A stretch of 61,867 nucleotides of DNA, the filler included, from Hausera hauseri (Eukaryota), in NCBI GenBank assembly GCA_046269625.1. It is 11 parts of 11 records of this genome, joined end to end, with 100 filler letters (N's around TTAATTAATTAA, not from the genome) between each part and the next. Parts side by side here need not be neighbours in the genome. Positions count along the whole stretch, not along the records: positions 37,820 to 43,607 come from JBJURY010189527.1; positions 43,708 to 48,862 come from JBJURY010319605.1; positions 48,963 to 55,895 come from JBJURY010050663.1; 8 more parts are not named here. One strand, 5' to 3'. Below the pieces are notes generated by a model. It worked only from the letters and a program-made list of their open reading frames with translations, was not told the origin of the DNA and did not search any database. The position numbers were made by a program, and so were the translations under genes. The stretch's first letter is position 1, and every line of letters begins with the position of its first letter. This document shows positions 40,874-54,986 of the stretch, piece by piece.

Positions 40874-42177
40874 CACAGCGTATCCAAAAAGTTCGAGGAC
40901 TGCCGCTCTTAAAACGCCACAATTGGTGATAGCTCTACCCGACAAATGGTATCACGTAGAAACAACCTTCAGCCATGCTTATACAAAGTTTCAGTCACTT
41001 CTGACAAGTTCAGACTTGTCTGCGTTCATTTCTGTATAACGTCTCTGTGTGTTCTTGTCATCGGCAAAATGGAGAAAAGAACGAACATTAAGTTTTGTTT
41101 TAAATTAGGCAAATCGGCTACAGAGAAGTACAAAATGATTACATTTTCATATGGTGATGATGCTGAGTCGTTCTCGAGTGTTTGAGCGGTTTTCGAGGTT
41201 TAAAACTGGAAGAGAATCGACGGAAGATGATGAGGGATCGGGTCGTCCGTGTTCGACTCGAAATCAGAAGAACATTGACCGTGTGCAAGCGCTGGTGAGG
41301 TCAGACCGCCAAATTACAATAGAAATGATCGCCGAGTCGTTAAACGTGAGTGTGGGATCATTTTTTGCGATCATAACGGAAGACGTAAAAAAAAGAAGCT
41401 GTGTGCGTTTTGTGCCGCACTCTTTCAGTCCCGAGCAAAAAAGAACACAGAATTTCCTCCTCCAAAGATTTGATTGCCATGTCCGATGAGGATCCAAATT
41501 TTTTTGCAAAATATTGTAACTGGAGACGAGTCATGGTGTCTCGAATATGATCCGCAGACAAAACGCCAAAGTGCTGAGTGGACAAGTCCGGAAAAGAGCC
41601 GGCCGATGAAAGTTCGCACTTCCAAGTCGAAAACCAAAACAATGTTGATCACCTTTTTCGACTGTAGGGGCATTATTAATCGAGAATTTCTTGGTCAAGG
41701 TTCTACTATGACTGGGATATTCTACAAAGATGTTTGGAATCGGCTTTTGAAAAGATTGTGGCATGTGAGACCCGAATTGTTGGACAATAGAAATTGATTC
41801 CTATTGCACGATAATACACAATCTCACAAGCCCATCCTTATGCAGCAATTTTTTCCAAGGAGGTAGGTTGCTTGCATCGACCACCCAATACTCTCCAGAT
41901 CTATCCCCGCCGGACTTCTTTTTGTTTAACAAGTTGAAACTGAAGATGAAGGGACAGCGGTACAAGTCGGTGGAGGCGATCGAAGCGGTGGTGGCAAGAG
42001 AACTTAACAGTATTGAATTGGAGGCCTTTCAGAAGGCGTTTACGGACCTGTATGCTCGTTCCAAGAAGTGTATCGAATTGGGCGGAAACTATATAGAAGC
42101 CTGATACTAATTATACGTATATTTTCTGGTATATGGTCTGTGTTTGATTTGTCCTGGAACTTTTTGAATACACTATT
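40874..42177 (+). mobile_element. Full-length mariner element with frameshifted DD34D transposase
   Basis: TA-flanked TIRs CACAGCGTATCCAAAAAGTTCGAGGAC and GTCCTGGAACTTTTTGAATACACTATT; IKFCFKLGKSATE, FVPH, IVTGDESW, HDN, YSPDLSPPDFFLF. Confidence 0.93.
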
Positions 42178-43707
42178 TATATAACTAAAGATGCGTTAAA
42201 TTTTTATTATGCAACAGGTTTTGATAAGTTTTTTTAAAGATTGACAACTTGAGAAATAATCATAAAATTATTTGTCATATGGTGAAAATTTATTTCATAA
42301 TATTTATGATTTTTGTTGAAAAAATACAATTGCGCTTTTTATGGTCGATCTGTGAATTTAGACTTTTTATCTAACGGTTCACTTTCACAGATGTGCTTTT
42401 TCATTTTTTTTTCTAAACTTTTCTTCATAAAAAATAAATTCTTTGACATGCGCCGTTAGTTGATCTGCCGTTACTGACTCACTTTTCTTGACAAAAAAAA
42501 AATCGGAATTTGTTTAAATTTCTGTTTTAAGAAAGTGTTCCTTTTTGAATTGTAAAATAAGTATTTGCTGATTTTTAAGTCCGAACTTTTATTTTTACTT
42601 TTATGCCAAGAATACAAACAAATCCGTCATATTTTTCGATATCGTGTTTTAAGTTCTATTTGAGTTTATTGTACTTTATTTTTAAATGCATATGAAGCGT
42701 CAATAAGGAAAACAGTTAATTGCGGTCAGTGTTTTATCTCATGGTGATCATTTTCTTACGTCATAAACTAAAAGAAATTGAATTATGTAATAATGTATGA
42801 TTAAAACAAGCGAAATCAGATCAAGAACATGGAGCAAAAATAAAAGAACGCAGTAACGAAGGCTTGCCATAAATTAAAAGTAAAACAATAGTATTATGAT
42901 AAAAATACAACTCAGTGTTGCTAGGGAAAAGGTGAAACTCGGTCTAATTTTTATGCAACTCATCATACATCATATATGAATTTATACAATAAATTCTGCA
43001 ATGTTATAAAAATGATAGAAACTTGAAAACAAATACCATAAAAGAAACGCTATTTGATAATGGAACAATTGGACAAGACTTATACAGCATTTATTTTGTA
43101 ACCACTGATTCCGTATAGAATCATACTATATGTTTAATGATTTTCCTGGTTTATTTTTACATAACAACACACTTATCCAATTTATTTGACTTACGACAAT
43201 AGTATGATAGAGGTTTTATTTCATACGTGTCAGCGTTATATTATCGAAGTTTACTTTTTTGAATTTTTATTTGAAGTGTGATAAAATCATTCAATTCATT
43301 CTATAATCGAATTAATGTTTAATGATCAATTACCAGCCGAGGAAATGTCATTGAAATACAGTACATTCGAATTAACAAATCAAAAATTCCCAACGTCGAC
43401 GGTCTAATTACCTATTCTGATGATGCAAAAGTAGAAAAAAATTGTCGAGACTTAGAGCGTTGATCGTTACATGACTTAATATGAGTAAAGAAACCATAAA
43501 CAAGAGAGATGATCATTTCTTTACGTAATCCATCAATAACGATCAAAATCAGCATTATTAGTAACAAGTTATTGCTGTTGATTTGAAGTTGTAATCAAGT
43601 TGCAAAANNNNNNNNNNNNNNNNNNNNNNNNNNNNNNNNNNNNNNNNNNNNTTAATTAATTAANNNNNNNNNNNNNNNNNNNNNNNNNNNNNNNNNNNNN
43701 NNNNNNN

Positions 43708-44030
43708 GATGAAGACCTTCCACTAAACTAAACTAAATATCTCGACCAAGGCGAACCAAGGAAAAAGTTGATAGGTGATGTGAAAGACATCTGGAAAAAC
43801 AAATTCTTCATGAGTAGAGCAAGACCTTCCACAAAAGTAAACTAAATATCTTGACTAAGGCAAACCAAGAAAAAAGTTGATTGGAAAAACAAATTCTTTA
43901 TGAGTAGAGTAATCAGATGAAGACTTTCCACTAAACTAAATATCTCAACCAAGGCAAACCAAAAAAGTTGATAGGCGTCGTAAAAGACATCTGGAAAAAC
44001 ACATTCTTCATGAGTAGACTTACAAGATGA
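43708..44030. repeat. About 100-115-bp diverged tandem repeat, continuing from 48686-48862
   Basis: Recurrent ACTAAATATCT..AAAAAGTTGAT..GGAAAAACAAATTCTT..ATGAGTAGA units at both contig ends. Confidence 0.85.
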
Positions 44031-45845
44031 AGACAATGAAAAGCAAGATATCAAAATGCAAGGCATATCAATTCTCACAATAAACCAGCCTTTTCTCAGC
44101 AAAGATGAAGTAGGAGTACAATCCAAGATGACTGTCCACTGCTCCAAAGATGTCCTGGTTCTAACTTATGGATACAAGTCCTAGTCATTAACATCAGCTC
44201 ATGAAAGCAAACTGTACACGTCTGAAATGAGGCTATCAAGCAAAACGAGAAGGGGTCCAGACATGCCAGGGTCTTAATGTTGAGCCACTGCAACTCTACT
44301 TGACTGGGCCCAATTGAGATGGATTTGTCATGTATGCAAAAGGAATGAAGAACAGCTGTCATGAAAAAGGAATAGAAATAGACCTCCCAGCAGAACAAAA
44401 ATACACGAGTGACAAATCTGAACAGGTTCTCAAGGATTAGAATGGAATCAAGCCAAGAAAAGGAAATCTACTGAAAAATCTGGGGAGTTCTCTGGAAAGT
44501 TTCTATACACCAGGGCAGAAGAGTTGCATCTTAAGTGAGTTGCTTGTGTGGAAAATGTTCTTAATAAACTACATTAAATGTGCTGTAATTAAATCTCTGA
44601 ACACTCATGCAATAACACCAGAGTACTACACACATTGAAGGGAAGAAAAGTGCATTAGTTTACACGTTTTGACAACATATTGACCACATTAAGTCAATCA
44701 CATATATCATTTGTCATACAGCAGACATGGCCATGACCAAAGCAAACACGTAACTGTATACACAGAACGTCACCGATGTTTCTTTTTGTCAACTACTCTA
44801 TGAAAATGCCTAAGAAGGTAAATGGCTGGCTGCGTCTTAGGTAGTGACCAGATTCTGTGAAGAGGTCACAAATCCCATTTTCATACTGAGATATCGGGAG
44901 CCAGAGGAAATGGAACAGACTGGCTAGCACAGCTATAGTAGTAAGTGACAAACAATGGCTCAAGCATACTTTCCCAACATTGTTACCAGGGAGACAGGCC
45001 AGACAAAAGATTCAAGTGATGACGTTGGGTCTGCATCTCTGTCCCAGTTGCTTAAACTTGGATTGCAACATGGTGCTAGATGAGCATTATATGGGGAATA
45101 GAACATGATTCATAATCAACACTACCGGTACTGGAACTGTTAGCAATTGTGTGCTGGCGCGTGCTGGCGCATACTGACGATGAAATTGGAACATGTATGG
45201 GTTTGTCCTTTTATGTACACGAAACAGCTTTTGTAAGGAACCAGAGCAATTTAGAATTGAAGATAAGGGACTCAATACATCTATATCAACTCTTAGAGAC
45301 AAACATATAACGTTTTCATTGTTATCATTTTCTTTTTGTTTGGGATTTCATCAACAAAGTGTACATTATATTTTACACCTTGTAACAAATTTCATCATGT
45401 TTGGTGGATACACATTGGTGCCCACAAACTATTCATGTTGTCAGTCTGCCTCCATGGTTTTTCAACAGAATGCTTTTGATCAGCCTTTTCTCCTCTGTCT
45501 TACTAGAGCTGAACACATTTCTGTAATGACATCAGTTTTTATTTTTAAAGTTAATTTTGATTCTTATCTATTCATCATATACCTAAATACTTTGACATAT
45601 ATTATTCATAACTGTAAAATTAAAGTGTCTCTGTTACTGAGAAAGGCAGAAAACAGCTGCATACACTGACCAGTAGCTACAGAAATAATCTAAAGCATGG
45701 CTGACACAAATTGGTAGAATCTGGAACAAAATGAATACCATGATTATACTTAACATTGCAGCAGTTATTTATTGAATGACAACATGCAAACTAATGTACT
45801 GGTACTGCGTTACATTAACATCAACAGGAGGCTGATACTTGGGAG

Positions 45846-47337
45846 CAGGGTTACCAACTTGGCCTTTTCTCTGTCAAATTTCGGCCAAATTCGGGAAATT
45901 TTACCTTTTTTAATGTATTTGGCCACGATAAAACTTTGGCCTTCAGCTGTACCTTGGCCTTTATTTGCATCTTGTTGGCCTTTTGACCACTTATTGTTTT
46001 CTTTTTCATATTCATATTTTATTTTGCATAGAATTAATACCAATATTTCAAAATGTCTATAATGAATTCATGTTCAGTGAGTCACAGCAAACCTTGTTCA
46101 CTAATATAATCAGGCGTCATTCCAGTGTTATAAAATTCTGGCTCCAGAAAATGTTTGCAAATGTAAAACTAGCTAAAGCAGTCAAGCATGTATCTAACCT
46201 CATTGTTGTGCATTGTAAATATTTATTACTGTGATACTTGGCACATTATGTTGCATTTACAAACAAGTATTTCACCCATGACAGTGTCGATCTCGTTACC
46301 ACAGAAATTGTAAATACTATATTAATTGGGAGATGATGTTTGTATAGGCCAGAAAGTTGCCGCCAAATTGGACAAATTTTACTATAAAATTTGCAGTATT
46401 GTATTTAAAGTCGGAGAAACACATGCGAAGAACTGTGACAAAAAGGTTGCATATTAATGCTTCAAAGACGTCTAGGGAAATCAGTCATAAAGTTATTACA
46501 GAATAGCTGCATATTTCTATATGCATAATGTGCCATTGCTGCAATTACCAAAGCCAATGGACATGGGAGAACACCCATGCACAGAAAGTTACACAGAACT
46601 AAGTCTTGTTTTAATTTGTAAAAATAATCGTGTTTTCTACACTAAAAAACTCTTTATTGAAGACTTTCTGAACAAGTAATATACTGTTGTTAAGGAACAA
46701 ATCAACTGACATTTCAACACAAACATACTTGTGCATTTTGGTTTGTATTATCTGTGATAACATAATTCAAATTTTAACTAGATTTCTTGGTCGAAATCCT
46801 GTACAAGAATGAAAACATATTAAATCTAACTGATGATGAAATCAAAAGATGTGGCCTGATTCTCACAAACTTCATTGGTTTTGCATCAGCTGGTGCATCA
46901 GACATGGTAGACATGATCTTTTATAAGGCAGACAATGGTTTTGGGATATGCCAGATTCAGACAGGTTTAACCCTTGCCCTTACATGTCTTAATAATGCAC
47001 TAGTCGAGAGGATATTCTGGGCGGTAAAGACAGTAACAAAAAAATGCAGATTGGGTGCGGTTGTAAGAACTGAAGTAGAATTGTTGGCATCAAATAAATG
47101 TTGTAAAGATTTCACTGATTTGCGAAAAATGCTATCAAAATGTTCACATCTGACACAGTTTATGGTCAGCGTTACAGTGTTAGTGACAATGACAGTGATG
47201 ATCAAAATCTACAGCTTTTTATGTGATATGAATATACATACATTTGTTTGGCCTTTTTCTGGCCTTTTAAAAATGACATTTGACCTTATTTCTAGTACTA
47301 TTTGCCTGAAAACAGTTTTTTTCATCTGGCAACTCTG
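45846..47337 (+). mobile_element. Internally deleted hAT element (Tip100-like) with a perfect 8-bp target-site duplication
   Basis: TIRs CAGGGTTACCAAC..CTGGCAACTCTG; TSD CTTGGGAG at 45838-45845 and 47338-47345; transposase remnants GFASAGASDM and NALVERIFW. Confidence 0.9.
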
Positions 47338-50300
47338 CTTGGGAGGCATGACCCAGGTGGGTCACCTTCCCCTCCCTCCACCACCCAGAGTGTCAAGAAG
47401 CAAGAGCTGAAATACTTGTTCAGAAGGGCTTACCTTCTGATGATTTGCACTCTTCTGGGTTTTCTATCATTTGAATGATAATATGCAAATTTATAATGTA
47501 TACTTATTACATTTCTATAGTAACTTGTACTGCAAGTTGATATGCAATTCTTCAAAACTAAAAAAAAATCAGACTTTACAAAGTCTTAGAGTAATGAGTT
47601 TTCTATTAAAAAGCAAAAATGAATATTTTAATACTGTTGATTTTAATTTTTTTTAAAATTACAATAGGAACATTAACAGTGTTGACATTTTCATTCATAA
47701 ATATATGCTTGTTATTTGCAACAGAACATTTGGGCATTGTTTCTGGTTCAGTAATTTTGATAGCAGCTTCTAAAAGTTATTTTCTGTTTGCTAGAAAATT
47801 ATTTATTCTCCACTCACACAGTGTTGCATGACGATTATTTAATATTATCAATAAATAAAATTTAATTGCCTTCAAAATGTTAGAAAATGTTAGCTTGGAT
47901 TTTATTTCCTTTCATGATTGATTGATATCTCCAAATCACTGAGCATCAGCTCTTCTGGATATGCCATGAGAAGGGCTGTAGTCCTAAGAAGGACTATGGA
48001 GTAGTGGTGTTGAGTTTACCTGCAGTCCCGGTGCTCTAGGAGGGTGGACTGAGACCTTCCAGGCCTTAGTGTAATGCTTGGCTTCCTAGAAGTGATTCAC
48101 CTCTCAACTGGGGATGATCTTGAGCCTCCACCAGTTAGCCAGCAGGTTTCCCTACCATTGACTGGTACGACAATGGGGACATCTGGCAGAGGATCTTGAC
48201 CGACTGTATTTCGTCTGTCCTGGCACTGTATATCAGAGTCGGTGGGTTGCGCAAACACAGCACCTCCATCCCTCCCCTTTTATAATAACATTGCAGTTTT
48301 CTACACACAGACTCCACCTCTAAATGATGGCCCTTGGACAATGCAAGGAAAACCCTCCAGCTAATGGGCAGTTAGGATCAAGATGGTTCCAGAAGAGTGG
48401 TGGATCACTTCTCCAGCCTGCATAAACATTATGGTAGCAGGAAAGCTCTGTACACTCTCCGGCAGTCTGTTTCCAGATTAAAACAGCCCCTCCTGGGGTT
48501 CATCAGTAAGAGCTCACCAACCACTTGGTGGCAAGTTCAACAACAATAATAACATTCACATTGACTAAAATAATGTATATTTAATTATCAATTCAAAAGT
48601 CTTTGGTTTTCAAATGTTAACTAAATTCACTGTTTAGCATGCTAGCCGAACCGTGCTGCTTTACTTATATTTATTTCTTTATAAATGAAGATCCTTCCAC
48701 TAAACTAAATATCTCAACCAAGAAAAAAGTTGATAGGTGGCGTAAGACATCTGGAAAAACAAATTCTTCATGAGTAGAGTAACTAGATGAAGACCTTCCA
48801 CTAAACTAAACTAAATATCTCGACCAAGGCGAACCAAGGAAAAAGTTGATAGGTGATGTGAANNNNNNNNNNNNNNNNNNNNNNNNNNNNNNNNNNNNNN
48901 NNNNNNTTAATTAATTAANNNNNNNNNNNNNNNNNNNNNNNNNNNNNNNNNNNNNNNNNNNNGCCATATCTCTCAGCCTCAGAGATGTGATCAGTGTTCA
49001 TTGACAGTCTTTGTTATTTAGTCCAGCCTCTGGCTTTTGTCTGCAGCAGTTTGTAAGGAGCAGTTCTCTGGAAGTTCAGCGAGCGTGCTGACCTCCAACC
49101 AAAAATCACTTGGTGGTGTTCTTTTCCTCAGAAAAAACAACTGGAACCGCATTTTTCTGGCTGTTGGTGAAATCCCCGAACACGCCTCATAGACATACTG
49201 CCCCACATCCTAGCCTCCTTCAGCCTCCCAAAACGCCAAGGAGCAGTGGCTCAAAAGTGTCAGCTGTTATAACCCGGCACCCCGAACACCCATTATGCTA
49301 ATATATGTGTGTGTCACAACATATGTGTAGTGTCACCATGAATGTGTGATGTCACATTATCATATCTATTTCTGCATTTGCTGAAGGTAGGATCTGCACA
49401 GACAGTTTACCATGGTCATATTTCATTCTCATAAACCCTATTCATCAATGTCCCTCTTTTTGTTATCTTAGCTTTTGGAGAAAAAGAGGAAATGTTGCTG
49501 TCCTCAATTTTATTTGAGCTTAAGATATAAACTATCCTAAAGTGAGACTGCGTCTGTAGCAATTTGGCATGCATGTATAGTCAGGGAGGGTTTGAATTAA
49601 TTTTTCTTGTAATTTGACAGTTCCATGAGAACCTGTACTTTGCAACAACAGAGTTACCTCTTTTTCTCTTCATAATAACACTCTTGTTGTATTAGTTTAT
49701 CAACCTCTTAGTTGTCAACTTGTACCGTAAATGTTCTTTTTATTTACCTTGATTATCATACACGCATGCTTTCTATTATGGTTCTAAAAAGTACTTAATT
49801 TGTTTCTGTTGCACTCGCCCTGTCTCATGACTCTGACATTTGGAGTTTTCACGTGTTATCCTGTTTTCTATCTTTAAGGCATTATGTCATATTTTATTTT
49901 GCTGTAGCTTATTGTGTGAATGCCGTTAACCGCAATTTTTGTGCAATTTCAACAGTTTATACATCAACAACGTTCAGCTCGGTCAGGAGAATCCTGCTAT
50001 GACTTTTGGTATTGATGCCTTTTAAACCTTTTGAGATATTCAGCCTTTTGTGTAATTTAGCTCTCATTGAAAATGAATGGGAAATCTGTGAAAACTTTCA
50101 GAATTTTACTTTTTGAACTTCAACTACTTCAGCATACTTGTGCCTAGAAAGGCCATTCAAGCTTTAAACAAAAGTTTAATCTTTCAACTATTACAGAATG
50201 TTTTCACCTTGTTGATATCTTGAACAGTTTTTGTCCAATTAGCTTTTAAGTTTGTGAAGATTTCTGATTTTTCTTGTGTCTTGTTTGTCTGTTTCTTAAA

Positions 50301-50749
50301 ACAATTTTTCAACTACTTTTTGATCTATTTTTACCTTATGCAACTAGACACTCCTTCAGCTTTTTACAACTTTTGTGTAGATCTTTATGTTTTATTTGAA
50401 TATAGATGGGCTTGTTTCTGCTAATATTCTGCTTTGACAACTATGTTCCAACATTCTTGCTGCTCTTGTCATATATTTTCTATTTCTCACTATTTATTTA
50501 CTAACAATTTATCCTTTATTAATTTCAGTGTGTGTGTGTACATTTTTTCTTTCTTCAGCCTCTTATATTTAGCTATATTATGCATCTTTATGCCTTTTCA
50601 GCTAACTTTGAGTTATTTATGCATGCTTATGGTAACTATAGTGTCTCCAGTTACATTTTAGCTATTTTACTGTAAATTATGGCTGTTCTGACTGTTTTGC
50701 TACAAATGATCACCTTTTAGTAGTCTATGCTTTATTATCTGCTAATTTA

Positions 50750-51634
50750 CTAACCTGGATGTGATGTCATAACAGGTGATTCATGATTTACTGCAGTACA
50801 GTTCTTGGACCTGTGTCCCAGCTCTCCACATGCAAAACAGGTCTCAGACGCTCGTTTAATGCGCCTCTCAATCTTCCCCAAGCGACGCCTACATCTATGG
50901 TTATGGCTCTTTTTAGTATTATTATTGAATACTTGTCCCTCTAAACATAGATTATTTTGTTGGTTTTGATTTAACACAAGTTCACCCCCTTTTGCAGCTG
51001 GAGGGACTAGTAATGTTTTAGATTGTGCTGAGTGCATTAACTGAGACATTTTCTTCGCCAGTCCTGACCTGTCTAAACCTCGTCTGGTCATCTGGGTCCG
51101 TCTGTCATTGACCTCTTGATACGGTGTCTGCAGTTTGAACTGTACAGTCATGTCAGGGTGACCAACAATAGCATGTGGTGTTTTTGTCAAAGTCTGGTGT
51201 AGATACGTTGTCTGACTATCAGGCTCAACAGTCTGTGTGTCAGAATTGAAGGACGCTGCAGCCTGCTCTGTCTCATACACAATCTCTTTCATAATCTTAA
51301 ACATAGCCTTCCAGAACATGTGTGAACACTTTTTCTCATAGGCATCTTTTCTCCAAAATGGCTTCTCCTGGTCTGCCACAACAGCCTGCTCCCAAGAACC
51401 CTGTAGCCTGGCCAAAATTCTGTCTATCTCCTTACCACTTGGAGGTTCCATCTCCAAACTAATAAAATCACCAGAAGCAAGCAATACATGACACATATCA
51501 CTAAATTTCTTCCATTCTTCCGTCATACGGCTACTGATAACCTCTTCCACGTATTTTTGCCATGTTTTAAAAAGTGCCCAAGCCAGTGAGCCCTTCTGAG
51601 ATTTTTCACATTCTTCAAAAAATTTATCAGCCAT
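50750..51634 (-). CDS. Gag-like protein with CCHC zinc knuckle of an LTR/ERV-like element
   Basis: Intact 294-aa ORF with CFACGELGHRSKNC, downstream of an LTR and PBS. Confidence 0.7.
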   Translation of the reverse strand: MADKFFEECEKSQKGSLAWALFKTWQKYVEEVISSRMTEEWKKFSDMCHVLLASGDFISLEMEPPSGKEIDRILARLQGSWEQAVVADQEKPFWRKDAYEKKCSHMFWKAMFKIMKEIVYETEQAAASFNSDTQTVEPDSQTTYLHQTLTKTPHAIVGHPDMTVQFKLQTPYQEVNDRRTQMTRRGLDRSGLAKKMSQLMHSAQSKTLLVPPAAKGGELVLNQNQQNNLCLEGQVFNNNTKKSHNHRCRRRLGKIERRIKRASETCFACGELGHRSKNCTAVNHESPVMTSHPG

Positions 51635-52928
51635 ATTAACAATTTTAGCAAATTATTTTATCTCAAAGTACACACACAACAGACAAGTTAACTCAATTTA
51701 TCTTCAAAAAGAACAAACACTTCTCACTTCTGACTCCTTTCAGACACGATAAATGTGAAAAACACTGCTCCTTATCTCAAGGTCCTCTTATGCAGAGAAT
51801 TTGCTTTTGATATATTTATGGTTGTGTTTATTAATATATGTACAGGTTATTAAAAGTAGACACGTCACTCACAGGTCTGATTTTCAGATCGCTCTTAAAT
51901 CAGAAACTGTCTAAGTGACCCTAATTCTCCTAATTTTTGTCTCACTATATCCCAACCATAAAAATCACACGTCTAAATCCGGCAGCTGATAAAACAGTTC
52001 TCACAAAGTCATCTCGATGACAGTGTGCCCCACGTTCCTCAGCTAGAATATGCCTGGATTCATAGAGAGAAAAAAAAGAAAACCAGCCCACAACAGAAAG
52101 AATCTCAAAAAGATAAAAATATAAAATAAAATAAAATAAAATAAAATGAACTTATGTAACCTACTGGGATTTTCCTCACAATTAATAAATAATTTATTAA
52201 TTGATTCTTAGCACCCGTCGATGCACAGACCAGGTCAGAGCTACATACGAAAACCCTCTCACGGGACCAGATTTGTTCTTCCGCTTATCTCACTGGGATT
52301 TAAAAAAAATATTAATATAATATTTTTCAACGCTTTAATTTAGCGTCCACACAGACCAGTCGGGATGCGTACTTCTGGGCTTACTCAGACCAGGCCCCAG
52401 TTTAACCAAAATATGGATTTGACCTCCTCAATTAATTATGTAAATTAATATTTCGACGCTGTTATTTAGCGTGTCAAATCATTAAGGCAACTGTACTGGA
52501 ATTCTCTACGCGTAATATTACAAACGAACTATGTATCCTCCGCAGCCTCACAAAAGGGAGAGCTATCTTTAATGCACTGCATACACGACGCAAAAGTTCG
52601 GGTTTTGCTTTAATTAAACCTATTTTCGCTCTTTCATTTGCCACGCGGAGCTAGCTTTAACGCTAGCCGAAGCTAAGCTGCTAACGCAGGCTATTTAGGC
52701 CTGTCTCTGCAGCCCCCGGCTATTCCGTCAACACAGCTTACTCAGTTTTAATTTATCTGGAGGTATCTAGCAATTTTTAAAATCGCTTACCTCTTTTCTT
52801 ATAGGCGCCTTGAGCCGTGCTGCGTCGACGCGAATTCTCCGGGCCGAAGAGAGAGAGACCGTCCGCCCTCGTCGAGATGCAGCTAACCCCTGCTATCACA
52901 CTTAGCCGAAACGTCGGGTGTCACCAAC

Positions 52929-53406
52929 TGAAAAGAATTTCAAGTTATTCGTGTTCGTTTACCAAGACGTGTGCAGGAATTGTGCTGTAAATGTAACAGT
53001 GCAAGAAAGTAAGACGGGAGATACTTAGTCGTTTCGAAGGAGCTCCTTTGAGAAGGCTCGAGTTTATTCTCAGCGTTCTGCCTTTAGCAGGAAGTCAATC
53101 ACAATATAACATGTCGGACCGAGGCGGGCCCCTCCTCTCTAAGTACGTCATATTAAAGGGGGCAACCCTACGCTGCCGAGAGGCCTGCCTCCAGACAAAT
53201 ATTATGCTCATTCTTCTAATGAAAGCTCTTTAAAACGTAATTATGTGTTGTAATTTGATCCAGGCATGCTTTTACTTAATAAAGAATCAAAGAAATAAAC
53301 ATGTTCACAGTTTATCAGCTCAACAAGTTCAGTTAATCATAAAAATATACACTCTGTGTGTGAAATATAAAAATCAGCATCTAACCTCAACTCATAAATT
53401 TCTTCA
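52929..53406 (-). mobile_element. 5' LTR (478 bp) with adjacent tRNA-Trp-like primer-binding site (52911-52926)
   Basis: Minus strand TGAAGAAATTT..AAATTCTTTTCA inverted ends, internal AATAAA, then GT and TGGTGACACCCGACGT (complementary to the tRNA-Trp 3' end with one extra base). Confidence 0.8.
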
Positions 53407-54986
53407 CTCCTATGAATGATATTGAAACAACTCTTTACTCAGAATGTCATAAAACTAATTTAGTAACACATATTAGTGTACTTAAGGTTTGTTAAACTAA
53501 TTTTCAGCTATTGGGAGTTGTACATCAATCCTACTGCTCTCAGGTGTTCACACTGTAAGATATTGCAAACAAGTTTATTTTATACTTACATTAAAGCCCC
53601 ATAAATTAGGAACTAAACATTGATGTACTTTTTATAACATAATTTACTCACTCAGGTTGAAAAAAAAATCAAACAAATATTTTTTGCTCACAAGTAGCTG
53701 TAGAAGAATAAGTAGCTTATCATGGGAGAATATTAATAATACAAAGGAGCTGTCCTCAAAACTGAAGCGTCCAGTCATGAAGGACTGTTTCTAATATCAC
53801 CAATGATGTTAATAGGAGGAAGAAGCAGTTCAGTTTAAATTGAAGAAACAGACTGCTATTTGTCCATAGAATTTTGAATGAGAGACATTTTTACAAGGTT
53901 TATGTATTGTTTCATCTTGAGTTATGGTATTTTTAATAATCAGCTATTTATTGTTGAAAAGTGGAGACAATGTCATCAATGGCACTAGTTGTTGTTTGGC
54001 GTATGAAACAAAGAAACTCGACTTGAACATTTTGTATTTTTTAGGTTACTTTATATACAAATAGTTGTTTTTTTTGCTTATTTTTCATGTGTTTCATCTA
54101 TAAGACAGCACAAGAAATCATCTTATAAAGTTTTGATTTTGAACTGAACAGGCTCAAAACTTATTTCTGAAAAACATTTTCCTTCCACCTTCTGTAAGAA
54201 GCATTTAATTGTACTTTTCCAACTAACCCTCACTGGATTGCTACTATTTTTTCCAATGCAATGCAACCTAACTACAACAGAGTAACATCTGGAGCCAGCC
54301 TGGTTTAAGATGGTCACAGCCAAACAACCTTATCAAACACTGAAGAGGCAACAACTCTTCCATTAAGACAAACATTGAGCTATGATTCATTCCAACACAT
54401 ACTCTGAGTGCTAATACAGTGGAGATCCCACAAGATTTCTATCTAAAACTCTTGATGCAAGGCAGCAGGCATTAGCCACCTCTTCAATATTTACTAGTTT
54501 AAATAAAGCCCTATCATCCCTTTAAGAAATTCAAACCAGCAAACATGAAGTTTTAATTAGGATGATCTTTTGTTGATCAGTTTGAGTCTTGAAAATAAGA
54601 TTTTACATAATCTCACTATTAATCTTACAACTTTTTACTACAACTGATTATGAAATGTTTCTCTATTACTGATGGTGCATCTTTTCAACTTGTCAGATGT
54701 TAAACTGCTGAATTATCTAAAGGAAAGTCCTACATTTATATACTTAGTGTGTGCATGTGTGTTTTGTTGCTTTTTTAACAAAAAAAGCAAATATGAAGTA
54801 CAACCTGAATTAATCTTTTTGAATATGTTCAGTGACTTTTTCACAAAATATTTCTTTGTCAATACAAAAATGTTTCGTACAGCTCTAACATTTTTAGATG
54901 CTTTATTTTAGATTTCTGATGGACATTGAAGTCCACAGTAAAACAAATGTTTCAGTCCATCAGAATATCCAACAAAAGAAGGGTTT

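Noticed and set aside
43708-44030. CRISPR-like repeats
   Set aside because: Diverged minisatellite units without distinct spacers.
44280-44320. LQLYLTGP as a Helitron/PIF1 Walker A remnant
   Set aside because: No GKS/T follows and no other helicase motifs are visible.
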